Assembly (NCBI GenBank): GCA_051294905.1
Contig: CM119384.1
Span: forward strand, 5,146,001 to 5,210,000
Direction: 5' to 3'
DNA from: Botryllus schlosseri
Taxonomy: Eukaryota
Length of the DNA: 64,000 nucleotides
Each line of letters starts with the position of its first letter. Positions within the stretch are counted from its first letter, which is position 1. The translations under genes were made by a program, and so were the position numbers. This document shows positions 23,601 through 38,600 of this stretch, piece after piece. Below the pieces are notes generated by a model that made no database searches, had not been told where the DNA came from, and was given only the letters and a program-made list of their open reading frames with translations.

Positions 23601-26600
23601 GGAAACAGACAATACGAGTCGATTTAACAGTTAGCGGAAGTTAGGAATATACAGAGCTGGAAGTAATCACCGTTGCTGCTGCTATAGTAGATATAACGGC
23701 GTAGATTTCTACTCAATTATTAGTATATTGTAAAAATTTCCAAGAGATGTCGAAACTGCTTGAATTGAAATCGAAACGTTGGTTTCAAACAGTAGGTTTG
23801 GCGTGGCTCGCGGGGTGGATGAGGTGCTACTTTTGTAATTACAGAACGCGTCTTTGCCAATAACGCATAATCACAATAATAGCACCGCAAATACGTGCTG
23901 CCTTAAACTATACCAAGACACCGCGCCACAAGCTATTTCATGCGATTCGGGCGACAATTTCCCTCGTAAAAGCAACGCAGGCGTGTCCCAGAACTACACT
24001 CTATACTTTACAAAATCAAAACAGTAAAACGTACGTAGTTTTGCTTAGAAAACTGTTCAGTAGTTGTTGAACCAGTAGTTTAAAAATACAATACATTCCG
24101 AAGTTGATCAATAGCAAAGTATACTCACACTCAAGTATAGGTTAAGTTGTTGAACTACTGGTATATCAACATAAATCGGTCATTAACATAGGGCAAGGCG
24201 AATGAGACATACTCCGCACTCTCCAATTAGCATCGAAGTCAGAAATCGTGACGTCACTCAGACACTCACCCGTCCGCAAGCTCTACAGTGGTGGCGTCTA
24301 CGCAGCAGCCGGTTGAAGGCCTTCGAGCAGTTCATGCACATCGTCACTTCGTTGTCTTTGATCCAACGCGGGGCGCGCTTGCCGAGGTCGTGGTCTTCGA
24401 TGTCCACGATGTAGGCGCTGCCCGCGTTGCAGGATATCTCGATGCGTTTTTCTTCCGCGGCAGCATCAAATTCCTAGAAATGGAAATGTAGACATTGCAG
24501 AAATCAAGGGAAATTCATGATCAGTATAGAAGAGCCGAATAAAACCGGATAGTTACTACTTTCCAACAATTCAAATACAACACCTGCACCAGTGATAGAA
24601 GATTCAAATAGTTGTCGCTAAAATTTATGAAGCCACTCTTGGAAATATACGGGACTGCAATATACAATCGAATAATATATTCATAGTGAGTAAACCCGGT
24701 TATTTCCGGCTGACAATCGCAACAATTAGAGAAGTGAGAAGAACATGGTGCAACAACAATACCGTATCACCAAAATTTCTAAGCCACGGCGACGCGTCTC
24801 GGAAACAAATTACATTTAGTCGGCGAGAAACGAGAAACTCGATAATATCAAAAGCCCATCCTACCTCGAAGCTGATTGGTTTATTGGTGGGGGTTCGCAG
24901 CGGGGACGCGAGCTGCAATTGGCTGTCGGACTGGCTAGCAGGCGGCTGCTCTTCGGCGGCGGACACGGGCCGGGCGCGCTGGCTCACGCTTTTCATGAAG
25001 GAAGTTTTTCTTTCCAGGGAGGCCTCGATCGCTTCGTTCACGGCGTTGATCCATTTGTCTTTTTCCTCGGGGGAGCTGTTTGCAGAGCAAAATGTGGTCA
25101 GGTGGTCAGGAACGACGAATTATTTCTATTTTTTTCAGAGTAATCAAGTATGTTTCGCCAACTCGACCTAGCAACTCAACGCGTCCTTCACAATTTTTAG
25201 AAAACTACCACCTCTGACCATTTGTCAAGTATCGCTTCTTAGCTTCAGTGGTAGAGCTGTAGATAAATTGGATCGTAATTAATTTTACCTAGCGGCAAAC
25301 TCCATCGATTTGTTCGTCCCGTTCACGCAGAACGTGTTCGGAATGCTCATGTTCGCGACCCCGCGTATTTCCATTCCTTCCAGGTCGATTTTGGCAGTGA
25401 TTTTGTATGATTTCTTTTGCAGGCGCCGCAGCGGCGTGCAGCACAGCAGCATGTCGTTGAACTGAGACAGAAATTGGAAAATGACGGAACGGTTTCGGAA
25501 AATTCGCGTCACGAGTATAGGTGCGGTCACGATTACGATTTTTTTCTGGCGCGCCACCTTCATACGATAACGAAATATAACAGTCTGAATAGGAATTCTC
25601 ATTACACCAGTCGTAATACCAAAAAAGGAAGTGCGTAGTCAGCAGTGCGGGGATGTTGACACAGAAAATTTGCGATGCACAACAATGTGATATGATCTAA
25701 ATTTAACCCACGATTTAAATCACATTATTGTAAATCGGGTATTTCCCTTGTCAATACCGGTTGCCCGACATTTCAGCATGGAACACAAAGAAAAACAATA
25801 GTTGCGCATGCGACACTTGAGCATGTGAATATATAACCCCCAAAACTACCTATAACAGTTCCCAAACCCTAATTTCAACCCTAACCCAACCCTAAATGTA
25901 ACCATGAGTTCAACCCACATGCTGAAGTGCCGTATGCTATCTTCTGGCATGCTCATTGCTCATCATTCACATGTCCACGGAGCTTAAATTGCAATGTCAC
26001 ATCCCTATACGATGCTCTTCACGAAAAAAGGTCAACCATGGCTATGGGTCAACCCAGCCCACATTTACAATTTTCCAAATTGAGAATTTGAGGCTTCGCG
26101 TTTCTCCGATTCAAATGCATTTCCGTGATGCAAGGCGTGATTGGATCAGAGATCACTTTCGGACCCGGACTTACAACCGCGCAGTTTCGCAATGCCTCGA
26201 CTGGACTCGAATCAACTATCGCAATATCCACTCGTTAACAGACCTCGGACGCGGTTTGGTTCCACCAAAACTCTGAGCAAACACTTGATTACTCGTCACG
26301 ACGTGTAATTAATAAATTCCTCGCCGGCCGTATAAGGAAATCGATTTCCGTAATTGCGCGTTTGAATGAAAGTCGGCATCCATCAAGTTTGGAACACCTG
26401 ATTCAGCTATTTGACCATGGTCCCATCTACACTGGTAAATTACAGCTATAAGCTAGGCGGTTATAGCCAAGTTATAACTTACGTTATCTTGGGCCCCGAG
26501 GTAGGCTAGCAAATTAAAATAAACACAGCGGCGGGGCTGAGCACCAAATTGGACTTTGATTCATGACAAATTACATCGAAATTTCGGGTCTAATTTTTGT

Positions 26601-29600
26601 AGTATTTGGTGATACTAAAGAATTTGTGACACGACGGACAGATATTTTATGTTCCTATGTTGCTAACTAATAACTTGATTTCAATTTCATTCCGCAGTCA
26701 AAGCGTCAGGGTGGTATTATCCAGTGGAAAGAATATAACAAATGACAAATAAATCCTAGACCCCGGACTGTGTTACAGGTCGGCTTTTGGATACAGCGGC
26801 TAAATATCCAATTTGGTCTAATTTTCGTGCCGGGGTTATTAAAGGTAATCAGTTGTGGGATGCGGTAAACCCGTATTCAGCGATATGTGCGTCTCAAATC
26901 GCGCACACTGTAAAATATCATAAATTGTATTCCTACCTCAATTCCTAAGTTCAACTAGTCTTAAAATAGAAACAGCATGTGACACTCTCCACTTAGGTGA
27001 AGTGGCGCGAAGCGCTACGGGATTACACACGAAAGAAGCCTACCAAATATAGATATCTCTCGTGCTTTTCCCCGTTTCTGGCAGAGATCTTGATGATTTT
27101 GCCTTCCATGATCAATTCTCGCGATACGTTCACAGTGTCGAAGTTGATGTCCACGAGATTGTTGTAGATGCTCAGGATCTTGTTGAATTTATCCTGCGCC
27201 GCAAAACAAATGGTTCTTTCAGAGACGGAAGAGGTGATTGGTAAAAACAAGCACTGTTAGTACTATGTTAATTAGAGGTGGTAAAAGTAGTTACTCGCGT
27301 AGAAGTAAACTTGTAAATGAAGGTAACGATTTTGAAGGAAGTATTCAAGGCCTGTAGTTTTGCCTAAAAAACTGAAAACTTTAGTAGTAGAAGTGGAAGT
27401 TTTCTATTATCATTGCGATTGAGTAAGTGGTGCCAGTAAGTAAAACTCAATTAAAATTGAGTACTCGGGGAAAACTAATAAGTACTTAGTTAATCGCTAC
27501 TGACCATCTTTGCTCTTTAGGTCATGCAAGACTTGGTCAAAACGAGATTAAAATAGGGTACTTGATCACAAGGTACACATTGTCAGGGTACGTACGTTTT
27601 GTCGCATGGATTCGTTGGTGTGGTCTGCGGCTTTGGAAATCAAATCGAGGGCAGTGGCAGTTTCCAGCCTGTCCGGACTGTCCTCGGGAAGCCTCTTCAA
27701 GTAATCGTCCAAAAGCATTTTATATCGGGGTATTCTTTGAACCGGCCCGAGCATGTGATGCTGAAGATATAAACGCAGAACATAAGGCAAACCAAAACAA
27801 ATTGCTATGTTTAACTCCGTCGGGGAATAGTTATGTTTATAAAAGCTCTGCAATTTGAAACATCCGTGAAATTAATATCAATATCGATGCCATTTTCACC
27901 CTGTGTTTTATGCATCACCGCCAGTGCAATTATATTTAAAATGCGCAACTTGAAACTTAGAGCATTATAGAAACACGGGCAATCACCTCAAGCCGTCATT
28001 ATCTTAGGCCCGGAAAGAGATACATCTCAGCCTCATTTAAACCCTATAAATCACGATTTTCAAAATTCATCTTTACTAGCGCGGTTGTTAGACTTTTCAT
28101 TGGGCGCCAAGAAGTCACAAAGGCCAGGTTTGCTCGTAATTCGACCATACCAGCGTATACACGATCTTTTTTTACAACAACAGGCCTCATTATGTGTTAC
28201 TAACGCGCCATACTTGGTGTGGACAGATAAGCGTTACTGGTGAAGACTTCCCGATAAGTCTATAGTTTCCTGTCGCGATACGAGCCGAAAGAAGGGTATT
28301 TTATGGATCGCGGAAGTCCATATCAGCATCTTATAAATATGCGATGAAGTGAACTGCGCTACGGCGATAATACTCCTTTAAAAAACGCCGCACCGGATGA
28401 CGTATTCAACAAGATAATGCATCGCTATCATTTAGGTCGGCGAGAACACAGGCCGCGAATTAGTACAGGATTCGGTACACGCTCAAACTGTAAACACGAT
28501 AGTTGAGTGTCTTTTGTGGGTGTTGAATGTGAAGAGCTCTCGGGTGTTTTAAGTCTGGGATTGAAACGTGGCTTATCGGACTTCGAGTGGGGCAGGAGGG
28601 CTGTCGACGGTGTTCTAGGAAAGCCAGGCTGCGCGAATTACATCCCTGCTGGTTGCGTAAATACACGTTGCAAAGACATTGTACATTGTACAAGTATATA
28701 GGAACACAGATTATCACAGTCTGTTGTAATTCTCCAACTGTACCGGCATAATAAATATATCCTCTACATTAGACCCAGGTAATTTACCTGACAACAAACA
28801 CGAACAACTAGAAAATTTTCAGGTTTCGAAGTTAGATTAGAATTAGAATTACAGATATATATTCATTTTTCCAAATTAGGCTTAAATGATAATTATAGCT
28901 ATAGCCTACATTTTTTCCTAATTTAGACTAGAATTAGAACTACTGAATTCGGGAAAACAAGGAAATCGAATGAAGTAAAGTTCATTCTCAAAAACGCGGG
29001 AATGGCGAATGTCTAGCAAACTTGTTTCGCACTATACACTATACAAATCTCCGTTAGCATTTTCAGGACAACTAGAAATTAGATTAGCATTGGAGCAATG
29101 AAACATTTCACAAATTAGATTAGAATTTGATTAACACCATTTCGCTTTAATTAGTGTGCCTATACAAGGGTTATTTAGAGATTAGATCATTATAACTTGC
29201 GATTGCGAGTCACCATACCACACCCGTGGCTGGTTCAAACCAAGTCGGAATATTTACAAAATGCACATTTCCACGCTTGGATATAATATTAGATATACTA
29301 TTACTATTATCCAGCTAATGCAGGTGGATCACACAGGTACGCACAACGGCCTTTTCTCTAAAACCTAATGGCCGCGAGAATTTCCAGTTAAGTACAGGCC
29401 CACACGCTATTTTCCATAAAGGAGCTGTTAGGACAGGCTTACCGTAGCCTGACAATCACATTTCTCAGGGTAACAGTAGTAGTATACAACACCGCCATTA
29501 GATTGCCAAATATAGCAATCCAAGAAAACTTCTTTCAATACGAGTTGGCGCAAAATAACGAATTTTCAAGATATAGCGTTGCAGTGAAATGTAATAAAAA

Positions 29601-32600
29601 ACAGCCTTTCGTCGCTAATACTAGTATCGATTTCGTCGAAAGTTTCTTTCAGCGAAATCTGGATTACGCGACGCGAGCCCCATTTGAAAACACCCACTTG
29701 AACTCGGTCACGGGATTTCGTCGAAATATACCCGCCTTCGGGGTCGGGTGACATATCACTTGTCGGATTATCGCGCAAACAAACACTACTTTTCGAATTA
29801 AATTCATCTCATTCGTTGTATTGCAAGCGACAGGGAGACTAAATTGATAAATCAACACATCGGCTGACGAATCGCCGTATCAGTATTCTGCGAGTAGCCA
29901 GAAATATAATCTCGACGGACTTATGACCAATAACATGTGATAAAAACGAAGAATAGCGTCTTGATGGTCTTATCTTGGAAGTATGTTTGTATCAATGAGC
30001 GGAATGTATATTTCACAAGCGGTATACTTCCATCAGATAATTCACATCAATCTTGACGTAATCGGAATATGTTTTATTTATGTAAGATCTAGAGATGTTA
30101 TACGGAGACCAAAGACAAACGTCAGTCGCAAAATGGCGGTGTAGTCCAAAAGCGAACGTATATTCATATTGAAATGAATCCGAATATTTTCGGATGACAT
30201 TCGTTAAAGTGAATCGTCAGCAACTAGTAGAGAATTGTGAAGAAGATTGTAGTCCGAAAAAGTGGAGGCGTTTCGTTACTGACCACCTTCGTACACACTT
30301 CACACTCACCTCCAGGGAAAGATTGCCGCACTGTTCCAAGGCCTGCGTCTGCCTCATGATGTTCGCGAAGTTGGTCGACTTCTCGGACCAGTGCTTGATC
30401 ATGGTCATGGCCTCGTGAAAGTTCTGCACGTAGAGGCTGTACATTTTCAGAAAGGGCGCCGCCTGCGTCAAAATGTCGCCGATCTTCGGATTAGCCTCCC
30501 TGGATGAAACGCAAAAATCGGCTACTGGCGTATCAAATTAAGTGCGATCGATGGATCATTATCGGATTGGTCATCGCGGTAACCCGCGAATTTAATGTTA
30601 ACGGCGTGTTGGCGGCTATTAATATATTAACCTGTTCGTTCCGGTGACGGTATAATTTCATCCTTGTCAGTGTCATTAAACTTTTGCGGTGGCCATTATC
30701 ATTTTGTAACAATACGGACAAAATTATCAATGAAATTCTAAACCGTTATCTGCAACTCATACAACTGACACACCGCAAAATACCGGTGCTCTGGTGAATA
30801 ACGGTTTGCATATAGCTTTGATACGGTTGCATTGAGGATAGAATAGTCGTTGGGGTCATTTCTCGCTGAACCGTGTCACTTACAAGCCAAGGACATACTA
30901 CAAAGCCTGCGACAAGAATATAAATAATAAATATGTTCAATATAACGGGATGCATTCGCAGCTGAGTGGCGTTTCGAGGTAATTTACACGAAATTGCTGC
31001 AATTTTGGTACAGGCCAAAGACAGACATTGCCAAAAACAGACATTTTACACTGCTTGAAATAACCTGACTGTATTTGTATTGGAGATATTCAATAAACGG
31101 AATGCATTCGCAAGAGCTGAGGCGTTTTGAGCTAATGTACAGGGAATTGCTGCAATGTTTAGGTCGGGTCGAAGGCTAACTATAATATCACCTGAAAGAA
31201 GGCGATATTGACGACCCGGCCTTGCCGAGGAAAATTGCGATGGACCTTGCCGCCTTGCAACAGTTGACGGCAATACTCCCTCTTACCATGAGTCAAGCCT
31301 GGCTTGCAGTTGCGGCAGAAGAAACCCGCTGTGAAACTGGTAGATCGCCGACACGTTGGAAAAGATGTTTTTCACGTCGGACGGAATTTGTTTCTTGTTG
31401 ACGGCCTCGAGGACGCGTTTGTGAAATATCTGAAGGGAAACGCTAAGCTTTCAATACCAACGGCACGAGCGTGTGTATATTTTGATAGACAGGAGCATCA
31501 GTTGCGGTACGCAATTCGTAATGACTCGCATTAGCGAAACCCACTCATACGAAAACCATCCGACGGCTTTCCACACAAGGAGTACCGTACCGTGCGAATA
31601 ATATCCGTCAGCAATACGTAACGTGGGAAACATTATCACTCATGCTTCGACAGGAGGCAAAATCGATTCGATTTGTAGTGCAATAAATCATTAGTCAGTA
31701 TTATCTGTGACAATCGCATGCATATTTCTCATATCACGCAAAACAACAACATCACTGCGAGTCATTTGCTCCGCAACACTGCCAGCGTTACAAATCTGTG
31801 ACGTAATAAATGCCATAGTTTGTTATAACAGCCCGTTGTCGAAATTTAACCAACAACAACAACAACGGAAGTAATGTACTTCTCAAGGTTAAAACGCGGT
31901 ACGACTACTTTCCATTAAGGCTGAAGTGGAAATTTTCTTAAGCCCTTCATACCGAAAGGTAGATATCACGACACCAATACTACCATGCCCTTCATCGGCA
32001 ATACATCTGCTAATAGGGATGTTGTTGTAAAGCTAATTGGTCTTTGGTCAATAAATCAAAGCGTATTGAGCACATTTCTCGGCATATTTCTAGACATTTT
32101 ATCTATACGTCACACGAGATCCAACCTTTGCTACCAAATAACGACACTACGTTGTAGATTGCGTGATCAGTAGTGATATAGCCAACAGGATTTCTGTCCC
32201 AGCCAAAACTATGGGCAAGATAACAATAAGTTGTTCCATATATGCATCTACTTAGTTTCTTGCCATCATAATTCCGAACTCGATTTTCAAATCCACAGTA
32301 AATACCACAATCATATAACAGTATAAATCAAATATTGAGGGACGGTATGACGAACTTGACCCGACACTCTTGAACGCAACGAGGCCATATCAATTCACCA
32401 CTCCATAGCAATTAACATCCTTAACCTCGCAAACACCACAAAAACCGTCACGAGACTTTAACCTCCTTTGTCTACGACAGTGCACTGCAATGGCACGTGC
32501 GGGCATTGCTGACTAATTACAAAATCATTCCAATTATATCCATGATGTAATTGATCAAAATATTGTCGGCCTGGTCAACATCGTAGCTACGACAAGTCGC

Positions 32601-35600
32601 TGCACTGCAAACAGCCAGATAACTTAATGAATTTGGCGAATTCTGTTTCAAACTGGAAGCTTTACAGAATGAGTGACAGAACATATCATTCCAAATCATA
32701 CTGTACAATGTACATTGTACATCGTACAAGTGTGCTACTGTGTGATGTGCATGTATGCAGTGTGCGGCAATAGCCACATGAATTCTCCAGCAACTCTGCA
32801 GTCGACGAAATGAACGACGCCATTGTTTGACAGCACAACTGCTAATCCCGTTAATCCGCTTAGTTACTACTGACGTCATCATACGATTACAAATATAGCG
32901 AATAGCCCAACCGTAAAAATTATAATTCATTTCAGACCAAACGCTTGATAACGGAAATTTTATCAATCAGCTGAAATATTTGAAATGGACAATTGTAAAT
33001 CTCGAATTAACCAGATTCGAATCTACACATGTTTTCCGCGTAGGCTATTACACGCACTGTAGTAACCACCACACGAGAATTATTCGATTATAATTTATCT
33101 CTAGGTTTGATTCAATTATTGCTCAACAATTTTCACGGGAAATGGTCATCGCAAGATCTTGAAAGAAACCATAGTGAATGGACATACAAATCGAATAATA
33201 GACTGCTTATCAATAGGACGAGGATTGATACTGTTTTCACTTAAGTAAAATTGTACAACACAATGAACTATCAACCGGATATATTCCATTGGGTTCCTGT
33301 GGTATCGCAACATTTAATGCGTGGTTATGGCTACTTCGCGCGTACTTTGTCGCACTATATTCTGATACTCCGTTCGGCCCATTCCATTGACAGATGAGCG
33401 AACAACCTATTCCATTGAGAGATGATCGAACAAGAGTAGATATCGCGCAAGCACCTCAGACGACAGCACCGTGATTAATTGAACACGTGTAAAAAACAGG
33501 AGATAGTAGGAAAACCTCAAAAATGAAAATTGAGCATAGTGCATCGGGTAGTGACGTACGAATGAAGGTGTTGCCAAGGAGAAACGATCGACACCACGAC
33601 TACAAATCTGCGGTAAGCAAATGATCGCGTATTGAAACCCGTCAACATGTAATGTTCCATTGACACCTTGAACCTTGGCAAACAATTATCAGCATTACTG
33701 CCAAAAAGCATCTGTAAATTCCATCTAAAGTGCGAGGAGGTGGAATAGATATGATTGGAATCGTGGCTTGGATCCAGATTAGAACGAACGGAATGTGGAG
33801 TTTTTACAAAACATGATTTCTGTCCGAAGAAAGAGCTGGGAAATGTATTGGCACATCGATTTCCGGATGAAGTGACGTCACAATCCAAACGTGAAGTCAT
33901 CATATCCGCAAGCTTTGTACTAGTTGCCGAGATGTAATGAACTATGTATTTCAAAAGTACTTCAGCAGAATCTCTCCCTCGCACCAAGCATCTATCGTGT
34001 TATACTTGAAAGCAGATGTATTTTTGTATACCTATGTTGCCAGTCAATGTAATATCAACAACCCATCACAATCCACACGGTCTGACACGGTTAGCAAGCA
34101 TCGTTAAACAGATTTTCCTGATAGCTCCCGCGAACATATCGATTCGCGGCAGACAACGGACCGCACCGATGAGTAACAAAATTAAAGTCCACTTAAAGCG
34201 GCGCATATCGAAAAGGTCACCCAGCAAGGTCAAACAGAGAGAATCCAATCGCTGCTATCTAGAGAACGATCTACCTTGACCCGGGTAATCTATATCGGAA
34301 CAAAACGAAACATGGCAAGGCAGCTTCCAAGTAAATTACGTATCGCATATCAAGTTGCCACTTTGTCACAAAATTATCGCGCAATATCGCCGGATCATAC
34401 ACGTGATACATGAATTGGGCATAAGCATAATTAGCAAGACGCGCGCGGGGTAAGCAACAGCAATGTAGCAGTTATTCGTGCGGATCACCACCAGATTACA
34501 TATATATAGCGTGAGGTTTTGTACATAGGTGGGACTCAATACTCATCGTTGGTACTCAAGTGGTAGAAGTAGAAGGAACGTTATAAACTTCCAATCGAGC
34601 ACAACAAGTTAAGCAGATACTTCAAAGTAAGTAAAAAGTAGGTATTCTGGGCTTAGTTTTTCCTTAAAAGCTGTACACTTTTAGTAGCAATGAAAGTACC
34701 GGTAGTCTTAACACATAACCACTTCAACAAGTATAGTGCAAGAGGGTGACAGTAAATTTACTAGAGTACTAAAAATAAAGAAAAATCACCACGACAACCA
34801 CGTTAGTGATCACGTCTGGTTTTATATCAGCATTATGGCGACACAACGATAGCTGTACCGCCGCTATCTCATCTTTGGAGGCTACGGTGGATTATAGACG
34901 CGCCTAGCAGCAAGTCTTGTCGAAAAATTGGATAAATATAGCGTCGGTGCGCAGACAATTTTCGGGAGTGGCAAAAATCGCATAGAGGCGTACCTGATCG
35001 ATTAGATTCAATACGTCCACGTACGTCGCCTCCGTCGACAGCAGCTCCTTGGCGATGTTATGCAACTTGACTGCGACGGGAACTTTCTGCATAAAAACAG
35101 ATGTCTGATTATTTGCGAGCACCTCTAATGCAAACTACAGAACTGGATGACTTCATCATTATTGGTGACGTTACTGGTGGCATTACTGTGCATCATATCA
35201 GCGTCCATGCAACATCCAGATAGCAACGCGTAGCAATCGGAATGAAGTTTAATTGACAGGAAAGCCCGAAATTACAATACAATTCAAATTGGAGCATGAC
35301 AACATGTCGCAAATTGGATTAGAATTAGATTACGGCATTTCGCTCTAATTTGTCCGATCAACAACTAGAAATATCTGATTGTCCGAGTCTGCTACGTCAC
35401 ATGTATGTATTCAAGCAAGCGACTTCGAAATTATATGTAAATCACGACTATGCAGAATTAAACAGTTAAATAAACTATAATATTGAATAATATATGATAA
35501 TAATGCGGACCGTGGATAGGAAGATTTAGTAGATAAAATGATTGGTTCAAACCGGTTCACATTTCTAATAAAAACAACTTTTAGTGATGTCATCACTGAT

Positions 35601-38600
35601 GATCACGGGCAATAGACCGCCGTTTAAAGAATGGACATTATCACGACGCGTTTCTCCTCGCGACAGCGCAACGGGTGGGGAGCGGGTGTCCTCCAATCCA
35701 CTTCAGCGGCTTGGAGGGGCCATTGTGCGTCAGCGATTTTGATGGCAAACGACAAAAACTCGTCAACCCGTCCGACTCGAGCATTTCCAGTTCTGTTAAG
35801 AGCGCGCAGCTGCGCTACACACACTTTCCAGCCAAATTTCAACTTCAAAGCGTTTAAAAGGATCGATAAACAATGTTCTGCCCGCGTTGGATTCAAGGCC
35901 AAGAGCCGTAAGACGGATACGTCGCACCCGTGACCTGCGATTGGGTTTGAGGAGCCCGTGTAAACAACCGTATACGCAATATTGTACGCAATATTTATAG
36001 CCTTGAACCAGCTATAAAACTACGCGATGGCAGTGAGAAAGATTGATCGCGACTATAAATGAAACTGTTTCCGCTGTTGCGAATGGTATACGGCACGCGA
36101 TATACGGAAATACGGGTTAGGACAGCAATCATAGGACCCACCGACTCAACTTGTCAAGCGCCATCACTTTTAAGCTATAAAGCATCGAGTTTCGTCCCTA
36201 CAAATTCACGGGTTATCTAATGTCTCCTATTGTGAGCCTACAGCATAGGTACGAGACCTACAAGATTACGTCATACAATACTTATAAACTCCCCAACTAC
36301 GACGAAGCGATAAACTATTCATCGCTTGAATAATGTATTCATATTGAAGTAAAACCAGAATATTTTTGCTGACACTAGTCAGGGATAATAGTCATCGCTT
36401 CCTTTTGCCAATACCCACTGAACATATCTTATACGAACACGAATAGCATCATGAAGAACTAAGATCAGTCATATCCGCGACTCCATAGATATTTGTATAT
36501 ACATTGTACACTGATGACAATAGCCACCGCGATGATATTATGTGACATGAAGGTTTCTGGCGAGACGTGTGCGACTGTGCGTTGAGCAAATAAGGGAACT
36601 ATCAGGTGAAGTCGCCTCGACGTGACGAAATAGGGTTTCACACCAAACGGAACCATTTTGAGAGACTGCGCACGAATCGAAATGACCTACACTACAAGAA
36701 TAGAGTTCGTTATATCCGCCGTGAGATCCATGAAAAGTACCGATGACAGACGTATAGGAGTCGGTATTTGCCAGCCCAAGGCCGTTTTCCTAGATTTCAG
36801 CAATAGCCGTGTCCCGTGTATGATCGTGTGGCTTGACATAACCAGCTCAATACTTTTAATAGACTTTTATACAATCGAAAATTTGTTATTCCACGAGCCA
36901 TCCTGTTAAAAAACACTACAACACATTTTAATATTATATTCAGGTTTACTGCAGAGTGTCAGGCTAAAATATTCCGGTTTATTTCACCATAATATACTAT
37001 TCAAATCACCATCTCCATGACATCATAATCTCGCCAGTGGCATTATCCTGGCGCAATAGTTTGCACCCTTGTGACTAATATCGGACTGCAACAAGGATAT
37101 TGCACACTTGAAAAAAGAGAGCGGTATCCTCATGTTGAATTGATACACTTCAGCCAGCAAAGCAAGTCAGAAGTGCCTGTGGGGTTGCGGCAGAAGCGTG
37201 GCGACGTAAACACGTTTCCAAAACATTGTCACAATCTAATCAGTAATCATATCGACCAGCAGAGTGTATGCATCACGCTTAGTATATGAAGAATACATAA
37301 CGCCGCTTCCAGACATTGAAATTCTTCTTGCGACTTGGATAAAAAATAGACGCCTACCCAAACAAGTGACGTGGCGATCAATGGCCGGGTTCGAGTAGAG
37401 TCTGGATGACGATGTGAGCGATGATTATATCCTACATGAATTTCGTATGACTTTGACAGGAATTTTGGGAAGTAACTGGAGGGCGATGGAATGAATGAAC
37501 GAATAGAATGCTGCCAATTCCTATCTGCGCATGTGCAGCAATACATGAATCGAGTAGGCGACGTAACACTACAATCGTGACAACCGATATTGGACATCAG
37601 GACATGGTGCAAGTCAAACAGATAACGCGGTCCAACTAGTCAGTCGCGGAATCGCGTAACACAGTCAGATATATATCAATGATTCGCCATTTCATGACTA
37701 TATCAAAAAGGGTTACCGTACATTTGAGCGTGTGACACGGTGAAAACCATTAAGCATGCGAAACTTTACTTTACAACTCCAAAATTACCCCTAACCCAAA
37801 TCATTGCTCCCAAATTTATCCATACCAAAAATTACCCATAACTCTAATCCTAATCGAACTCTGGTATATTCTAAATCAAGCCCACATGCTTAATTGTTCC
37901 ATACCAATATGTCTGCGTACCATCAGAGAGACTCAGACCCCGATAAAACCGATTCGTGCGTTACATCAATGGAATATTCTCCAACTAACCGCCGGCGGCT
38001 CCGAGCCACTCTGGTCGCCGACAGGATTGCCGGCCGTCTGGCTGCCGTCGTCCTCCACGTCGCTGACATCGAAATCGCTGTAGCTATCGTTGTCGCTCGC
38101 CTGCGATTTTCTGCCCGGCACTTCCAGGGAACCACGATTTTCCGTAGAGTCGTCGCCGATAGTGAAATTACACGATTCCTCGGCCTGCGAAGACTCCGTA
38201 CTCCTCCTATACCGTTTCGTGGACGTGGGAGTCGCTATCACGTCTAAAATGCGGTTGTATTCGTCTTCCGCATTGAAAGTACCGTCTCCTATACCAGACA
38301 GCAGACTCATTCTGCTTGATATAGTGTGAGTAGATCCTAAATTGTCACCGGAATCGTTTTCGTTTTGTTTATCTATCACAGATCCCGATTTTGCCCGTCT
38401 GTGAGAAGGCGGGGGTGGTGGGGGCACGCTAGGCCGCACGACGTGGTCGTGGTGGGACGCGCTGGCTATAGTCGAGGAGGACCGGCCTCTAGTGGGTTTA
38501 TCGCTGCTGGGTGGCGGTGGTGGCGGCGTCTTGTTTAAAGATGATATTGAAGAAAAAGACCCCCCTCTTTTGAAGTTATCAGGGGCGCTCACAATGCTAT

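Noticed and set aside
23067-23612. 181-aa minus-strand ORF as a possible extra FGD exon
   Set aside because: It would interrupt the FYVE finger, whose halves already join in phase 0. It starts at a non-ATG codon, and third-position bias favours the + frame.
25235-25275. tRNA-like D-arm string TAGCTTCAGTGGTAGAGC
   Set aside because: No anticodon arm, T-loop (GTTCRA) or acceptor stem follows.
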